A stretch of 57,984 nt of DNA from Candidatus Bathyarchaeia archaeon (GCA_049969855.1 JBMFOB010000007.1:1-57984), one strand, 5' to 3'; counted from the stretch's first letter, positions 1-9,453 are shown. Translations and numbers: made by a program. The notes: a model not told the origin generated them from the letters alone.

Positions 1-125
1 GTTCCACCCGAGCGACTCCTAGGTGAGGCGTGGTCCTTTTGTGGCTGCGTCGAATCTAGGTTTCGTGAGGGGGGAAAAGTCGTAACAAGGTGGCCGTAGG
101 GGAACCTGCGGCCGGATCACCTCCT
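1..125 (+). rRNA. rrs: 16S rRNA, 3' end (partial)
   Basis: Universal h44/h45 tail AAGTCGTAACAAGGTGGCCGTAGGGGAACCTGCGGCCGGATCACCTCCT, ending in the anti-SD CCTCCT at 120-125; archaeal-type sequence. Confidence 0.98.
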
Positions 126-333
126 ATGTAATAAATGGCTTTGCATTGCCGACTGGAAGAGAAAGGAAAACGCCATAAACGTCAAAGCCCATATCAATTT
201 ATGGTTTGCTCTGTTGTTAAAATGGATATGCCTCTCTCGGTTTTTGGTTGTGAAAAACGCCAATAGCAGCCCTACCCTCTAGGTTTTCAGTTAATGGTGA
301 TCTTTCTTTCAAGCTTGACATGGTAACTTACAA

Positions 334-2391
334 TTAAAGGTTATTTTTTAAAACTCTGCCCTTGCCAAAAGGGACAAACTCTCTTATTTCCTCCACAGAG
401 GCCCTCAAAACTTTCTCTTTTAGCTCTTTGGGAATTTTCTCAGCCAAAGCCTTCAAAATTTGCTTTAAAAATTCTTTGCCGCTTTCTTCTCCTGGCACGA
501 TTATGGCGTAAGTTTTTGTTTTTGCCCTAACGGCGTCAACTGGTCCGCCAACAAATTTTGTTTCGCCATTTTCTTCGACTACGCCGATGGCTATTTTTAG
601 TGGGGTGTTGCGCATCCAATTCCTTTTTCCGCTAACAACAAAGGCTCCGTGGGGTACGTATTCGCCTGAGGGTCCAGTCTTGCTTAGTTGTTCTGGTTTA
701 ACCCAGTAAACGTCAATTGTTGCGAAACCTTCTCGCCAACCACGTGAGCATGCTGCTGCAAATTCTGCGGCTTCTTTTAGGCATTGTTCACTTGGTTCTT
801 TTCTTTCAGTCTTTACGACAACAAAGGGTGCGCCGACTATATCTGCATGGAAGACAACATCCGCTGGGTCAGTATATTTTTTGATTAAAACTTCGTTGCT
901 GACGGCGTCCTTGCCTCCCACAACTAAAAAGCCATCCGAAGATTTGAACCACCTAAACTTTTCAAACCACTCTTTACCTTTAACTCGACGCTTTTCAAGT
1001 GTTTCCAAAATCTCAAAAGGCTTAGCGCTTTCTAAAGCTTCTGCTTCCCGAATTTTTGCTTCGGTTTCCATCAATTTTTTGCGGTTTTCTTCTATGGCGG
1101 TTTTGGCACCAGCCAACTTCTGTTTAGCCTTTTTGCTTCTTTCATAAAACTGTGCGGCAACATCAAACAATTTTTTCCGCAAACCCAAACCAAATCTTAA
1201 ACCTTCAACACAAACGTAAACCACCAAGCCTTTCGCATCAAAGGAATCAAAAAATATGCTTGGTTTGGCGCCAGCTTTCTTTTCAGCCAAAACTTCGGAA
1301 ACAATGTTGCTCCAATCTTTACCAGCCTTTTTTCCGCTCAAAAATTTGTCCAGTAAAGCTTGCAGTTCGCCAGCATGGGCGTAGATGGCGTCTCCAATAC
1401 GTTTAGCGCTGTTAGCTTCAGCCTCTGTTTCAGCCAAAATTTTCTCTTGGCTTTCGATGACACGTTTGATTCTTTCCGCTTCTTCCTTCAGCTTTTCAGC
1501 TTCAACACTTACTCTAACCTTCTCGAAAGCTTCAGCTCTAACATAAAATTCATCCAAGGCTTCGTTAAAGCTTTCATAAGATTGATGTTTCAGCTTTTCA
1601 TAACGTTTAAGCCTAAAAGGCACAACATCCAAAAACTCGCCCTTTTCGTCCAAAATGATGCAGGGTTCCAATTTTCCATTAATAACTTGCATGAGCAAAT
1701 TCTGTAGACAATCAAAAAAGGCTTGAATCTCGGAGTCGCTTAGTTTATTGCAGAGCTTAGTTTTCTCTATTCTAGCCCTTAACAAAACTTCTTCTGCGTA
1801 TATGCCGCCGATGCCTAAAGACCGTGTGGCAGCCCTAACAACTTCAACGTTGCCAAAACTTCTTAAGGCGATGGTTAGCTCTTCTTTACCGATTTTTAAA
1901 GGGTTTTTTGCGCTTGATGGAGCGAAAGTGAATGTTTCACTGCGGAGAATGTTGCGGTCTCGCATCCGTTTATACGCTAAAGCATGGAGAATTTTGCCGT
2001 TGCCGTCGACTAGGATGATGTTGCCGTCGCCAAAAAGTTCCAAAACAAGCCTCAAATCACCCGCTTTACCCTTAAAAATGAAAACCACCACCCTCTCAAA
2101 CTCATGCTGTTGAACATTTACTAATATGGCATTCCGCAAATATTTCCTTAAAGCCATGCAAAAAGCTGGAGGAGTCAACAGTTTCTCCACAACATAAGAG
2201 GTTAGATGTAAACGCCGCCCAGCCTCCAAAACCAAATGGAAAGCTGGTTTACCTGGTTTGTGCAGTTTGAAAAGTAGAGTTTTAGAGTCTAACTGGTAAA
2301 TATTGTTGACACGAGAGCCTTCAATAACATTTTTTAACTCGCCGACAACAGCAGCTACATCAAAGCTTGTAAATTCCTTCTTTTGCTGCAT
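334..2391 (-). CDS. rqcH: Ribosome quality-control protein Rqc2/NEMF (NFACT family, archaeal RqcH)
   Basis: NFACT-N motifs (FCMALRKYL, ELFGDGNIILVD), central coiled coil, NFACT-R motifs (WFEKFRWF..SDG, GGKDAVSNE, FHAD..GAP, SGEYVPHGAF). Confidence 0.93.
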   Translation of the reverse strand: MQQKKEFTSFDVAAVVGELKNVIEGSRVNNIYQLDSKTLLFKLHKPGKPAFHLVLEAGRRLHLTSYVVEKLLTPPAFCMALRKYLRNAILVNVQQHEFERVVVFIFKGKAGDLRLVLELFGDGNIILVDGNGKILHALAYKRMRDRNILRSETFTFAPSSAKNPLKIGKEELTIALRSFGNVEVVRAATRSLGIGGIYAEEVLLRARIEKTKLCNKLSDSEIQAFFDCLQNLLMQVINGKLEPCIILDEKGEFLDVVPFRLKRYEKLKHQSYESFNEALDEFYVRAEAFEKVRVSVEAEKLKEEAERIKRVIESQEKILAETEAEANSAKRIGDAIYAHAGELQALLDKFLSGKKAGKDWSNIVSEVLAEKKAGAKPSIFFDSFDAKGLVVYVCVEGLRFGLGLRKKLFDVAAQFYERSKKAKQKLAGAKTAIEENRKKLMETEAKIREAEALESAKPFEILETLEKRRVKGKEWFEKFRWFKSSDGFLVVGGKDAVSNEVLIKKYTDPADVVFHADIVGAPFVVVKTERKEPSEQCLKEAAEFAAACSRGWREGFATIDVYWVKPEQLSKTGPSGEYVPHGAFVVSGKRNWMRNTPLKIAIGVVEENGETKFVGGPVDAVRAKTKTYAIIVPGEESGKEFLKQILKALAEKIPKELKEKVLRASVEEIREFVPFGKGRVLKNNL

Positions 2392-2438
2392 TTACACTTC
2401 ACATCTAAACGCAAATAATTAATGAACAGCTATATTCT

Positions 2439-3494
2439 TTAGTGGATTACAATTAATGTTCCACAGTATTCGCATTTCACTGAAGTTTCTCCTTTATAAA
2501 TTTCGCGAGTGTATGGTGCACCGCAATGGGGACATCGGACAAGCTGTATTGTTGGCGCTTCCTTAACTGTGGTTCCTCTTATGGATGCTATGTCCCTATC
2601 TGCTTCTCCGCCAATTATGTAGCTGAAGAATCTTGTTATTATGTCGGCTTCCCATCCCTTAACGTCGAAAGGTGTCTCTGGTAAACCCCGTTCGGGTTTG
2701 AAGCGAATGTAAATTCCAGTCCAAGCTATTAAGCCTACTCTGCCCTTAGATATTTCTTGTAGGGCGCCAATGGGTTGTTCTATTAAGACTGTTCTTTCAA
2801 CCTTCTTTTTTGTGGTTATGAAAAATTTCCTCTCCAAAACGACTTCTTTCTTTCCTTCAAAAATGAACCTTTGATTAGTGAAGTATAGGGTTCCCTCGCT
2901 TTTTTCGCCGCTCATAATTTTTCCTTCAATTGCCAAAACTGGGCTTTCTTCTTGTTTTAGCGGGAAAGTTGCCATGGAGAACAGTTCCATGGTTTTTTCA
3001 GCCACTTTCAAGTCTCTGTCTATGGCGTTGACGCTTGAAACGAACTCGTTAAGGGGTGTGCTGACTTTGCCTGTTTCCGTTATGGCTCTCATCTTTAAAG
3101 AGGAAGCGTCTATTGAAAGGCTGCTTGCCAAAGAACGACTGAAACCGATGTTGCCGCTGTCTATCTCTGTTCTTAGCCTCCGAGCTTTCACCTCTAAACT
3201 TCGAATTTGAGTGGTTAGTGGTTGGACGCTGTTAAGAAATGTTTGTTTAAGTGTGGGCGCAGTTTCTGTCCATTTTTTGGTTAGTAGGTCAATGCTTTTC
3301 TCAAGGTGACCCATTGCTGCATAACCCCGTCCTCGAACAGTCATGAGTCTGCTTGGAAGAGAACCCATAGAAGCTTCCACATATGATAATTTGCTTTCCA
3401 CATCACTTATTGCTCCAGAAGCACCGGAAAGGTCAGACTCAATGGAGCGTAGCTGGGCGTAAAGGGCTTCCTTTTCTCTGTCGATTTGTGCCAT
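2439..3494 (-). CDS. Hypothetical protein: N-terminal coiled coil, PH-like (GRAM/bPH) domain, C-terminal C4 zinc ribbon
   Basis: GTLYFTNQRFIFEG PH-like motif; CPHC...CEYC. ATG at 3494 preferred over the track start 3533. Confidence 0.75.
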   Translation of the reverse strand: MAQIDREKEALYAQLRSIESDLSGASGAISDVESKLSYVEASMGSLPSRLMTVRGRGYAAMGHLEKSIDLLTKKWTETAPTLKQTFLNSVQPLTTQIRSLEVKARRLRTEIDSGNIGFSRSLASSLSIDASSLKMRAITETGKVSTPLNEFVSSVNAIDRDLKVAEKTMELFSMATFPLKQEESPVLAIEGKIMSGEKSEGTLYFTNQRFIFEGKKEVVLERKFFITTKKKVERTVLIEQPIGALQEISKGRVGLIAWTGIYIRFKPERGLPETPFDVKGWEADIITRFFSYIIGGEADRDIASIRGTTVKEAPTIQLVRCPHCGAPYTREIYKGETSVKCEYCGTLIVIH

Positions 3495-3633
3495 TTTATT
3501 CCGCTTCTTAAAACCATAAGATGTTTGTTTCAAAAATAAAACTTGCGAAAATTTTCTCCAAGAACCGTTTCGTTAAATAGGCAACTTTTAAATCTTAATC
3601 TTAAATATAAGATGCAAAGGCGTTGAAAAGGCT

Positions 3634-3954
3634 ATGACAATCATAGAGAAAATTTACTGGATTAGGCTTATTCTGGGTATAGTTGCAGCGTTAGCATCCA
3701 CAGGATACACCGAATATGGAGAAACAATGGGGTTTGTCTCTACAGAGGGCGTGAACTATAGTGTTTTTCTGAACGGCATAAGCATAGCAATAATCGTTTA
3801 TGTGATATCCTATTACCTAATGAAGTTCAAGTGGGCATCTAAAGTTGAAAAGCCGCAAAAAATCTTCACTACTGGCGTAGGCATATACTTTATTGCATGG
3901 CTGGTTTTTTGGGTTCTCTTCTACACTATAATTGCTGCGCCACCACCTGCTTAG
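3634..3954 (+). CDS. 3-TM EMC6-like (Rab5ip/DUF5379-type) membrane protein
   Basis: Three hydrophobic segments; IYWIR N-terminal motif and C-terminal KIFTTGVGIYFIAWLVFWVLFYT resemble the EMC6 family. Confidence 0.6.
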   Translation: MTIIEKIYWIRLILGIVAALASTGYTEYGETMGFVSTEGVNYSVFLNGISIAIIVYVISYYLMKFKWASKVEKPQKIFTTGVGIYFIAWLVFWVLFYTIIAAPPPA

Positions 3955-4412
3955 GTCTTCTTTTTAAGAAAGTTTTCAATGGTGGCTTGGCCCTCATCAT
4001 CTTTTAAAGTTTCAAGTTTTCCCTTTTCTGAAGCTGCAGAATTAACGTTTGAATTATTTGTAAGGTTCATTCTGCTGAGTATTTGCATGCAGTCAGCCCA
4101 AGCTGAGAAGAATCCGCGGTCAAAGTCTCCGTGAAGCCTACTCTTAACATGGTTTAAGAACTCCCGTCTGCAACTGTGTAATAGGGTTTTATCGTTTAAA
4201 TCCAGTTTTGAGAAAAATGCATAGGAGTCATTGTTGTTTGAGCGTCTGGCAAGCATCATTCCATACAATCCTCTAAAATAGCCCCTATTCCATTCTGTTT
4301 TATGCATTTTCTGCTTAATTTTTTCCAATTCTCGTTCTGCTTCGGTAAACTGTCTATTAACTAAAAGTTGGAAGTATCGTGTCACCAGAACCCTTGGAAC
4401 CGGCATTTTCAA
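3951..4412 (-). CDS. Hypothetical helical protein coupled to radA, with C-terminal PIP-box-like motif
   Basis: 4-bp overlap with the radA stop; internal repeat xxRGY/FF; C-terminal QATIENFL. Confidence 0.75.
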   Translation of the reverse strand: MKMPVPRVLVTRYFQLLVNRQFTEAERELEKIKQKMHKTEWNRGYFRGLYGMMLARRSNNNDSYAFFSKLDLNDKTLLHSCRREFLNHVKSRLHGDFDRGFFSAWADCMQILSRMNLTNNSNVNSAASEKGKLETLKDDEGQATIENFLKKKT

Positions 4413-5437
4413 CGCCCACGAGACTTGGACTTCTCTTCTTCGGAAACATCCTCTATGCCGTTCTCAGTTATTTTAAATATTTCTTCCCCTTCTGGCAAAT
4501 ATGGGCTTGAAACTAGGCGGGCAATTCTTACAGGTCCATGGGCAGACCTTCGAAGATACACGCGTGTGTGGCTTGTGTGCCCCACAATGTGGCCGCCGAC
4601 GGGATACACGGCATCGCCGAAAAACACGTCTGGTTTAGCCATAACCTGATTTGTCACAACAGCCACGAGGTTGAAGGCTCTTGCTAAACGAATTAGTTTA
4701 TGCATGTGTTTGTTTAGTTTCTGTTGTCTTGAAGCTAGCATTTCGCGTCCGAGGTATTCGCTTCTGAAATGGGCGGTTAAGGAGTCGACGATTATGAGTT
4801 TTACGTTATTTTGTTTTATAACGTCGTCAACGTTATCTAACAAGAACATTTGGTGGTCAGATGTGTATGCTTCGGCGTAGATGATGTTTTTAACCACTTG
4901 TTCTGGGTCGAGTCCCAAGTGGCGGGACATCTGCACAATTCTTTCAGTTCTAAAAGTATTCTCAGTGTCTATATACAATGCGGCGCCAGATAAGCCACCC
5001 CTTTCAGGCGGCAACTGGACATTAACGCAGAATTGGTGGCATAACTGGCTTTTTCCACTACCATACTCGCCATAAAATTCCGTTATGGTCTGAGTTTCCA
5101 ATCCGCCGTCAAGAATCCTGTCCAAAGCTTTGCTTCCAGTTGTTAAACGCAAAACGGTTTGGCGCATCTTTAAAAGTTCATCAGCCCTAATAAAAGAGAC
5201 GCTAATAGACGAGCGGGCAGCTTCAATGATGGCAAAAGCCTTTTTCTCGCTTATGCCTGCTGGTTCCAACTCGTGGGCTGTAGCCATTGCCAAGGATTCA
5301 ACAGTGTGGAATCCTAACTCTCTTAGTTTTTGTGCTGTGGCTGGACCTATGCCTGGAAGGTCCTCCAAAAACTCATATTTCTTTTTGAGTACGCTTTCTT
5401 CTTTCTTCTCTTCTTCCTCTGTCATCAAACGGTTCAC
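4409..5437 (-). CDS. radA: DNA repair and recombination protein RadA
   Basis: N-terminal HhH (LEDLPGIGPATA), GEYGSGKSQ Walker A, YIDTENTFR, IIVDSL Walker B, FRSEYLGR, GGHIVGH. Confidence 0.97.
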   Translation of the reverse strand: MNRLMTEEEEKKEESVLKKKYEFLEDLPGIGPATAQKLRELGFHTVESLAMATAHELEPAGISEKKAFAIIEAARSSISVSFIRADELLKMRQTVLRLTTGSKALDRILDGGLETQTITEFYGEYGSGKSQLCHQFCVNVQLPPERGGLSGAALYIDTENTFRTERIVQMSRHLGLDPEQVVKNIIYAEAYTSDHQMFLLDNVDDVIKQNNVKLIIVDSLTAHFRSEYLGREMLASRQQKLNKHMHKLIRLARAFNLVAVVTNQVMAKPDVFFGDAVYPVGGHIVGHTSHTRVYLRRSAHGPVRIARLVSSPYLPEGEEIFKITENGIEDVSEEEKSKSRGR

Positions 5438-5625
5438 TCTCTTTTGTGGCTTATCAGAGAGTTAGGTTAAGCCATATTTAAAACAAGCGAAGTGTATCAG
5501 TGTCTTTTCCGTGGAGAGTTGGGTTAAAGTGAAAGCTTCGATGCAGATGTTAACTTTTGAGAATAATGCAAGACAAGATATAAGTACATGAATATTTCAT
5601 AAAACCGACAAAAGAAGGGAAAAAT

Positions 5626-6510
5626 ATGGATATGGCGAAGGTTGTGGAAGATGTTGCCTTTAACATATTAAAACAAGCGGTCATATATTTGCCTGAAGAC
5701 GTGAAACAAGCGTTAAAAAAGGCGTATGCAGAAGAAACAAGCGAAACTGGCAAGACACAGCTGAAAGCAATCCTTGACAATATCGATTTAGCCGAGAAAT
5801 ATCAGGCGCCAATATGCCAAGACACAGGCACAATAATATTCTATGTTAAAGCAGGCGCCGAAACAAAAAACCTTGACAAACTGGAAGAGCCACTAATAAA
5901 AGCTGTGCGCAGAGCCACAAAAGAAATCCCTCTTCGCCCAAACGCCGTGGACCCCTTCACACAAAAGAACAGTGGAGACAACACTGGACGCTTCATACCA
6001 TACGTAAACTGGGAAATCGTGCCCGGAGACAGCATAGAATTAACAGTCATGCCCAAAGGGGGCGGTTCAGAAAACGTTTGTTTGACTGGCATGCTGGTTC
6101 CAGGCGAAGGCATAAACGGACTAAAAAAGTTCGTTATCGAATCGCTTATAAAAGCTGGAGCGCAACCTTGCCCGCCCACAATTCTCGGTGTTGCTATGGG
6201 AGGCGGAAGTGACATAGCTATGAAAATTGCAAAAAAGGCTCTCCTCAGACCTTTAAACGAGCCTAACCCGAATCCGGAAATTGCCAAGCTTGAAAGGGAA
6301 ATTTTTGAAGCTGCAAACATGACTGGAATAGGCCCCATGGGTTTGGGTGGAAAAACCACAGTGCTCGGCGTGCACATTGACTACGCTTATAGGCATCCGG
6401 CATCATTTCCAGCAGCTGTTGCCTTCAACTGTTGGGCTGCCAGAAGAGCCTCTGCGCGAATTGATGCGGATGGAACCGTTGAGTATTTAACGCATAAAAT
6501 GAAATGGTGA
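5626..6510 (+). CDS. Class I fumarate hydratase / tartrate dehydratase, alpha subunit (Fe-S)
   Basis: PICQDTG, KGGGSEN, AQPCPP, GIGPMGLGG and NCWA motifs. Confidence 0.93.
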   Translation: MDMAKVVEDVAFNILKQAVIYLPEDVKQALKKAYAEETSETGKTQLKAILDNIDLAEKYQAPICQDTGTIIFYVKAGAETKNLDKLEEPLIKAVRRATKEIPLRPNAVDPFTQKNSGDNTGRFIPYVNWEIVPGDSIELTVMPKGGGSENVCLTGMLVPGEGINGLKKFVIESLIKAGAQPCPPTILGVAMGGGSDIAMKIAKKALLRPLNEPNPNPEIAKLEREIFEAANMTGIGPMGLGGKTTVLGVHIDYAYRHPASFPAAVAFNCWAARRASARIDADGTVEYLTHKMKW

Positions 6511-6521
6511 GGTGAAAAGGT

Positions 6522-7127
6522 ATGGCTGTTTACAAACTTAAAACGCCAATTTCGGAAGAAGAGATTCGTAAAGTGAAAGTGAACGATGTAATTTACATAA
6601 CTGGAACGATTGTAACAGCAAGAGACCAAGCCCACAGAAGAGCCTTGGAATATTTTAAACAGGGAAAGGCTTTACCAATAAATCTTGAAGGCTTAGCTGT
6701 TTTCCACTGTGGTCCAGTTGTGGACAAGGAAGGCGATAAGTGGGTTGCAGTTGCTGCTGGACCAACAACAAGCACAAGAATGGACATTTTCGAGGATGAG
6801 TTTATAAAAAACTTTAAGGTGCGAGTGGTTATTGGAAAGGGTGGAATGGGTAAACGAACAACTGATGCCATGGCGAAATATGGTGCTGTTTATGGAGCCT
6901 TCACTGGAGGAGCGGCGATATTAGCTGCGAAGGCTGTTAAAAATGTTAAGAGTGTTGAATGGCTTGATTTGGGAACACCTGAAGCCCTATGGATTTTCGA
7001 GGTTGAGAATTTTGGTCCTTTGGCTGTTGCCATAGACTCTCATGGAAACAATTTATTCTTAGACGTAGCCAAGAAGGTTGAAGAGAACAAGCAGAAAATT
7101 TATCAGAAACTTGGCTTAACGCAATAA
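6522..7127 (+). CDS. Class I fumarate hydratase / tartrate dehydratase, beta subunit
   Basis: TARDQAH, HCGP, GPTTSTRM, GKGGM and DSHGN motifs; SD GGTGA upstream. Confidence 0.93.
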   Translation: MAVYKLKTPISEEEIRKVKVNDVIYITGTIVTARDQAHRRALEYFKQGKALPINLEGLAVFHCGPVVDKEGDKWVAVAAGPTTSTRMDIFEDEFIKNFKVRVVIGKGGMGKRTTDAMAKYGAVYGAFTGGAAILAAKAVKNVKSVEWLDLGTPEALWIFEVENFGPLAVAIDSHGNNLFLDVAKKVEENKQKIYQKLGLTQ

Positions 7128-7137
7128 TCTTATCCAT

Positions 7138-7168
7138 TATTTTTGTATTTTTGTTTTTGATTTTTGAT
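7138..7168 (+). terminator. Oligo-T archaeal terminator after the fumarase operon
   Basis: Four successive TTTTTG runs immediately after the stop at 7127. Confidence 0.6.
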
Positions 7169-7244
7169 AGCGAGCATAGATTCTGTTTACTATATCGGAA
7201 GATTTAATATTCATTTTCCACTCGTTAAAAATGGGGCCAGAGTC

Positions 7245-7727
7245 ATGTTCAAAACCTTTAGAGAAAAAATCGCCCTTTCCGGAATCACAGTTCTCATGAT
7301 AGGCGTAGCTCTTCTAGTATTCACTTTCATAAGCGCATATGGATTCCTAACCCAGAGCCTATCCATTATGGCTTCTGAAGATTTGGTGAAAACCTTTGGC
7401 GATGCATTGGCTCCTTTAATTGCAACTTGCATACGCATAATGTATCTTGGCGTTATGGGTTGGGTGGGTTCACTTTTGACAATAAGAGGCGTCACAATAA
7501 TAGCTCATGCTCCGCAAATAACGCCAGCAACTCCGCAAAAAGAAGCCATCCCAGAACAGAAATCACAACCACCGCCTCAAAAGGCTAAAGCTGAAAAACC
7601 AAAAGCCGAAAAACCAAAAGAAGAGGTTAAGCCTCAAGAACCAGAAATAGTGGTTATACCGCCAGAACAAATCTCACAACAGCAACAAGAACCGAAACAA
7701 CCGCAGAAAAACGATTCTCCACAGTAA
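7245..7727 (+). CDS. Hypothetical 2-TM membrane protein with P/Q/K/E-rich low-complexity tail
   Basis: Two hydrophobic helices then a disordered tail; ATG at 7245 follows TATA-like GATTTAATA at about 7201. Confidence 0.75.
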   Translation: MFKTFREKIALSGITVLMIGVALLVFTFISAYGFLTQSLSIMASEDLVKTFGDALAPLIATCIRIMYLGVMGWVGSLLTIRGVTIIAHAPQITPATPQKEAIPEQKSQPPPQKAKAEKPKAEKPKEEVKPQEPEIVVIPPEQISQQQQEPKQPQKNDSPQ

Positions 7728-7770
7728 ACCTGACCAATACCGAATTCAACATGCCCGGAAAAGGAGCAAT

Positions 7771-8553
7771 ATGCAAATACCAATTCGAATGATAGGAATA
7801 ACTACAACATTCTTCTGGATTTTCCTAATCGCATTTTTCGTTTCCGCAGTCTACTCAGTTAAAGACTTACACATAGACTTCAACGAACCGCAACTGAATG
7901 TGACAGCTGATAATAAAATAGTCTTCTTCCTCCCACTGACAATTACAAACAATGGATTTTACAGCATAGACGATTTTAACCTAACAACCAAAATCTCAGA
8001 CGCAGAAAACTTCATTATCGCAAATGGAACAACGTTCATGCCCATTATAAATCGGGATGAAACAGCAACTGTTACGCATAACGTTACAATTGATTTCAAC
8101 GAACTTCTGCAGCATGATATGCACTTCTTGTTTAACGATACTGAATTGAACGTTTGTGAAATTGTTGGCATGAAAATTGCAGAGATGATTCCAATTCAAG
8201 CTTCAGCAAACTATTCTATGCCTTGGGGTGCACCGCTGTACAATTTTGCTTTGGGACAACCCCAATATGTAATGGCTAACTCAACCCATTTTCTAGTCAA
8301 TTTACCCATAAGTTTTGAGAATCATGCATTCTTTAATGTGACTGGGGACATCCAAATAAAAATGTATAACAATACTAACGGCTTATTAGGCGAAGGACAA
8401 CTTTCCATAAATGTTCCGCAGCAATCTTTCTATGATGGATTTGTCGAATTTTATATTTCAAAAAGCGCCGTGACTAATAATGGATACCTTAGCGTTTCCA
8501 TTTTAACCTCTCTTTTCAATTATGAAAACTTGGTGATTCCCTATGGCGGATAA
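7771..8553 (+). CDS. Membrane-anchored extracellular beta-sandwich protein (LEA_2-like, two repeats)
   Basis: N-terminal TM; two beta-rich units (LPLTITNNG / LPISFENHA); many N-x-S/T sequons. Confidence 0.65.
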   Translation: MQIPIRMIGITTTFFWIFLIAFFVSAVYSVKDLHIDFNEPQLNVTADNKIVFFLPLTITNNGFYSIDDFNLTTKISDAENFIIANGTTFMPIINRDETATVTHNVTIDFNELLQHDMHFLFNDTELNVCEIVGMKIAEMIPIQASANYSMPWGAPLYNFALGQPQYVMANSTHFLVNLPISFENHAFFNVTGDIQIKMYNNTNGLLGEGQLSINVPQQSFYDGFVEFYISKSAVTNNGYLSVSILTSLFNYENLVIPYGG

Positions 8554-8980
8554 CAAAACCAAGCTTAGGCAAATAACATTCAAAGCCTTAAAGGCGACAG
8601 TGAAGGGGATTCTCTTTTATGCAGCATACCTTTTTCTATGGATGTTTCTAGCTCCCCTTTCACAATTAATTCCAAGTTTTCAGCAAATGGTTGAAACTTT
8701 TGTTATAGTATACATTATTTTGATGATTGTTGGAGACCTCACATCGGGAACGGTTTTTAAACATTTTTTTGATGCAGCAAAAGCTTTGTTTATTATTTGT
8801 TATTTAATTCTCTCTTTGAAAGGCGGGATTTTTAGCTTATCGTATCAAAATTTGAGTTTGGTTGTTGACCTCCGCCCATTAATTGCGATTGTTACGCTTC
8901 TAAGCTTGTTGGGATTTGCAAAATCCATACTTCAAGCAATAAACTTCCTAAATGAAAAGGCGGAAAGGCTGCAAATCTAA
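8543..8980 (+). CDS. Hypothetical 4-TM membrane protein
   Basis: Four hydrophobic segments; overlaps the upstream gene by 11 bp. Confidence 0.75.
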   Translation: MADNKTKLRQITFKALKATVKGILFYAAYLFLWMFLAPLSQLIPSFQQMVETFVIVYIILMIVGDLTSGTVFKHFFDAAKALFIICYLILSLKGGIFSLSYQNLSLVVDLRPLIAIVTLLSLLGFAKSILQAINFLNEKAERLQI

Positions 8981-9453
8981 AGTTTTCTTGTCATGACGTA
9001 GGCGTCTTCTCCGTCTGAATAGTATCCGTGGATTGTGCGGGTTACTTCAAATCCCAATTTTTTGTAAAGCTCTATTGCTGGAGTATTTGTTACTCTAACC
9101 TCTAAGAAGCATTGTTTTGCGTTGTATATGCGCATGTTTTCTAGGGCTTGGGAAACTAAGGCTTTCCCTATTCCTTTACGCCTATGCTGTTGCAGAACAG
9201 CCACTGAAACAATGTGTCCCTTTTTTAGTAATCCGCTGAAACCAAAGTTTGATAAGCCAAGTTCAATGCGGCACATTATGTAGCCAACAACTTCGCCGTT
9301 TTCCTCTGCTACAATGAAGGTTTCTGGGAATCTTTGATGAAGCTCTATGAAAAAGTAGTCTGTGTAATTTTCTGGCAGGCAAGTGCGGTTTATATGCATT
9401 ACTGTTTGCAGGTCGTTCATGTTGAATTTTCGCAGTCTAAATGTCTGTTGCAA
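8977..9453 (-). CDS. N-terminal protein acetyltransferase (Ard1/RimI family GNAT)
   Basis: CLPENY, GYIMCRIE, GHIVSVAV..HRRKGIG, LEVRVTN, YYSDGEDAY. Likely TTG start at 9453 after GGAG. Confidence 0.9.
   Translation of the reverse strand: MQQTFRLRKFNMNDLQTVMHINRTCLPENYTDYFFIELHQRFPETFIVAEENGEVVGYIMCRIELGLSNFGFSGLLKKGHIVSVAVLQQHRRKGIGKALVSQALENMRIYNAKQCFLEVRVTNTPAIELYKKLGFEVTRTIHGYYSDGEDAYVMTRKL

Noticed and set aside
126-333. tRNA-Ala or 23S start in the 16S trailer
   Set aside because: No cloverleaf, T-loop GTTCRA motif or 23S 5' signature was recognisable.
7138-7168. TTTTTG x4 as a tandem repeat or phase-variable tract
   Set aside because: Units are irregular and lie just after a stop codon; an oligo-T terminator explains them better.
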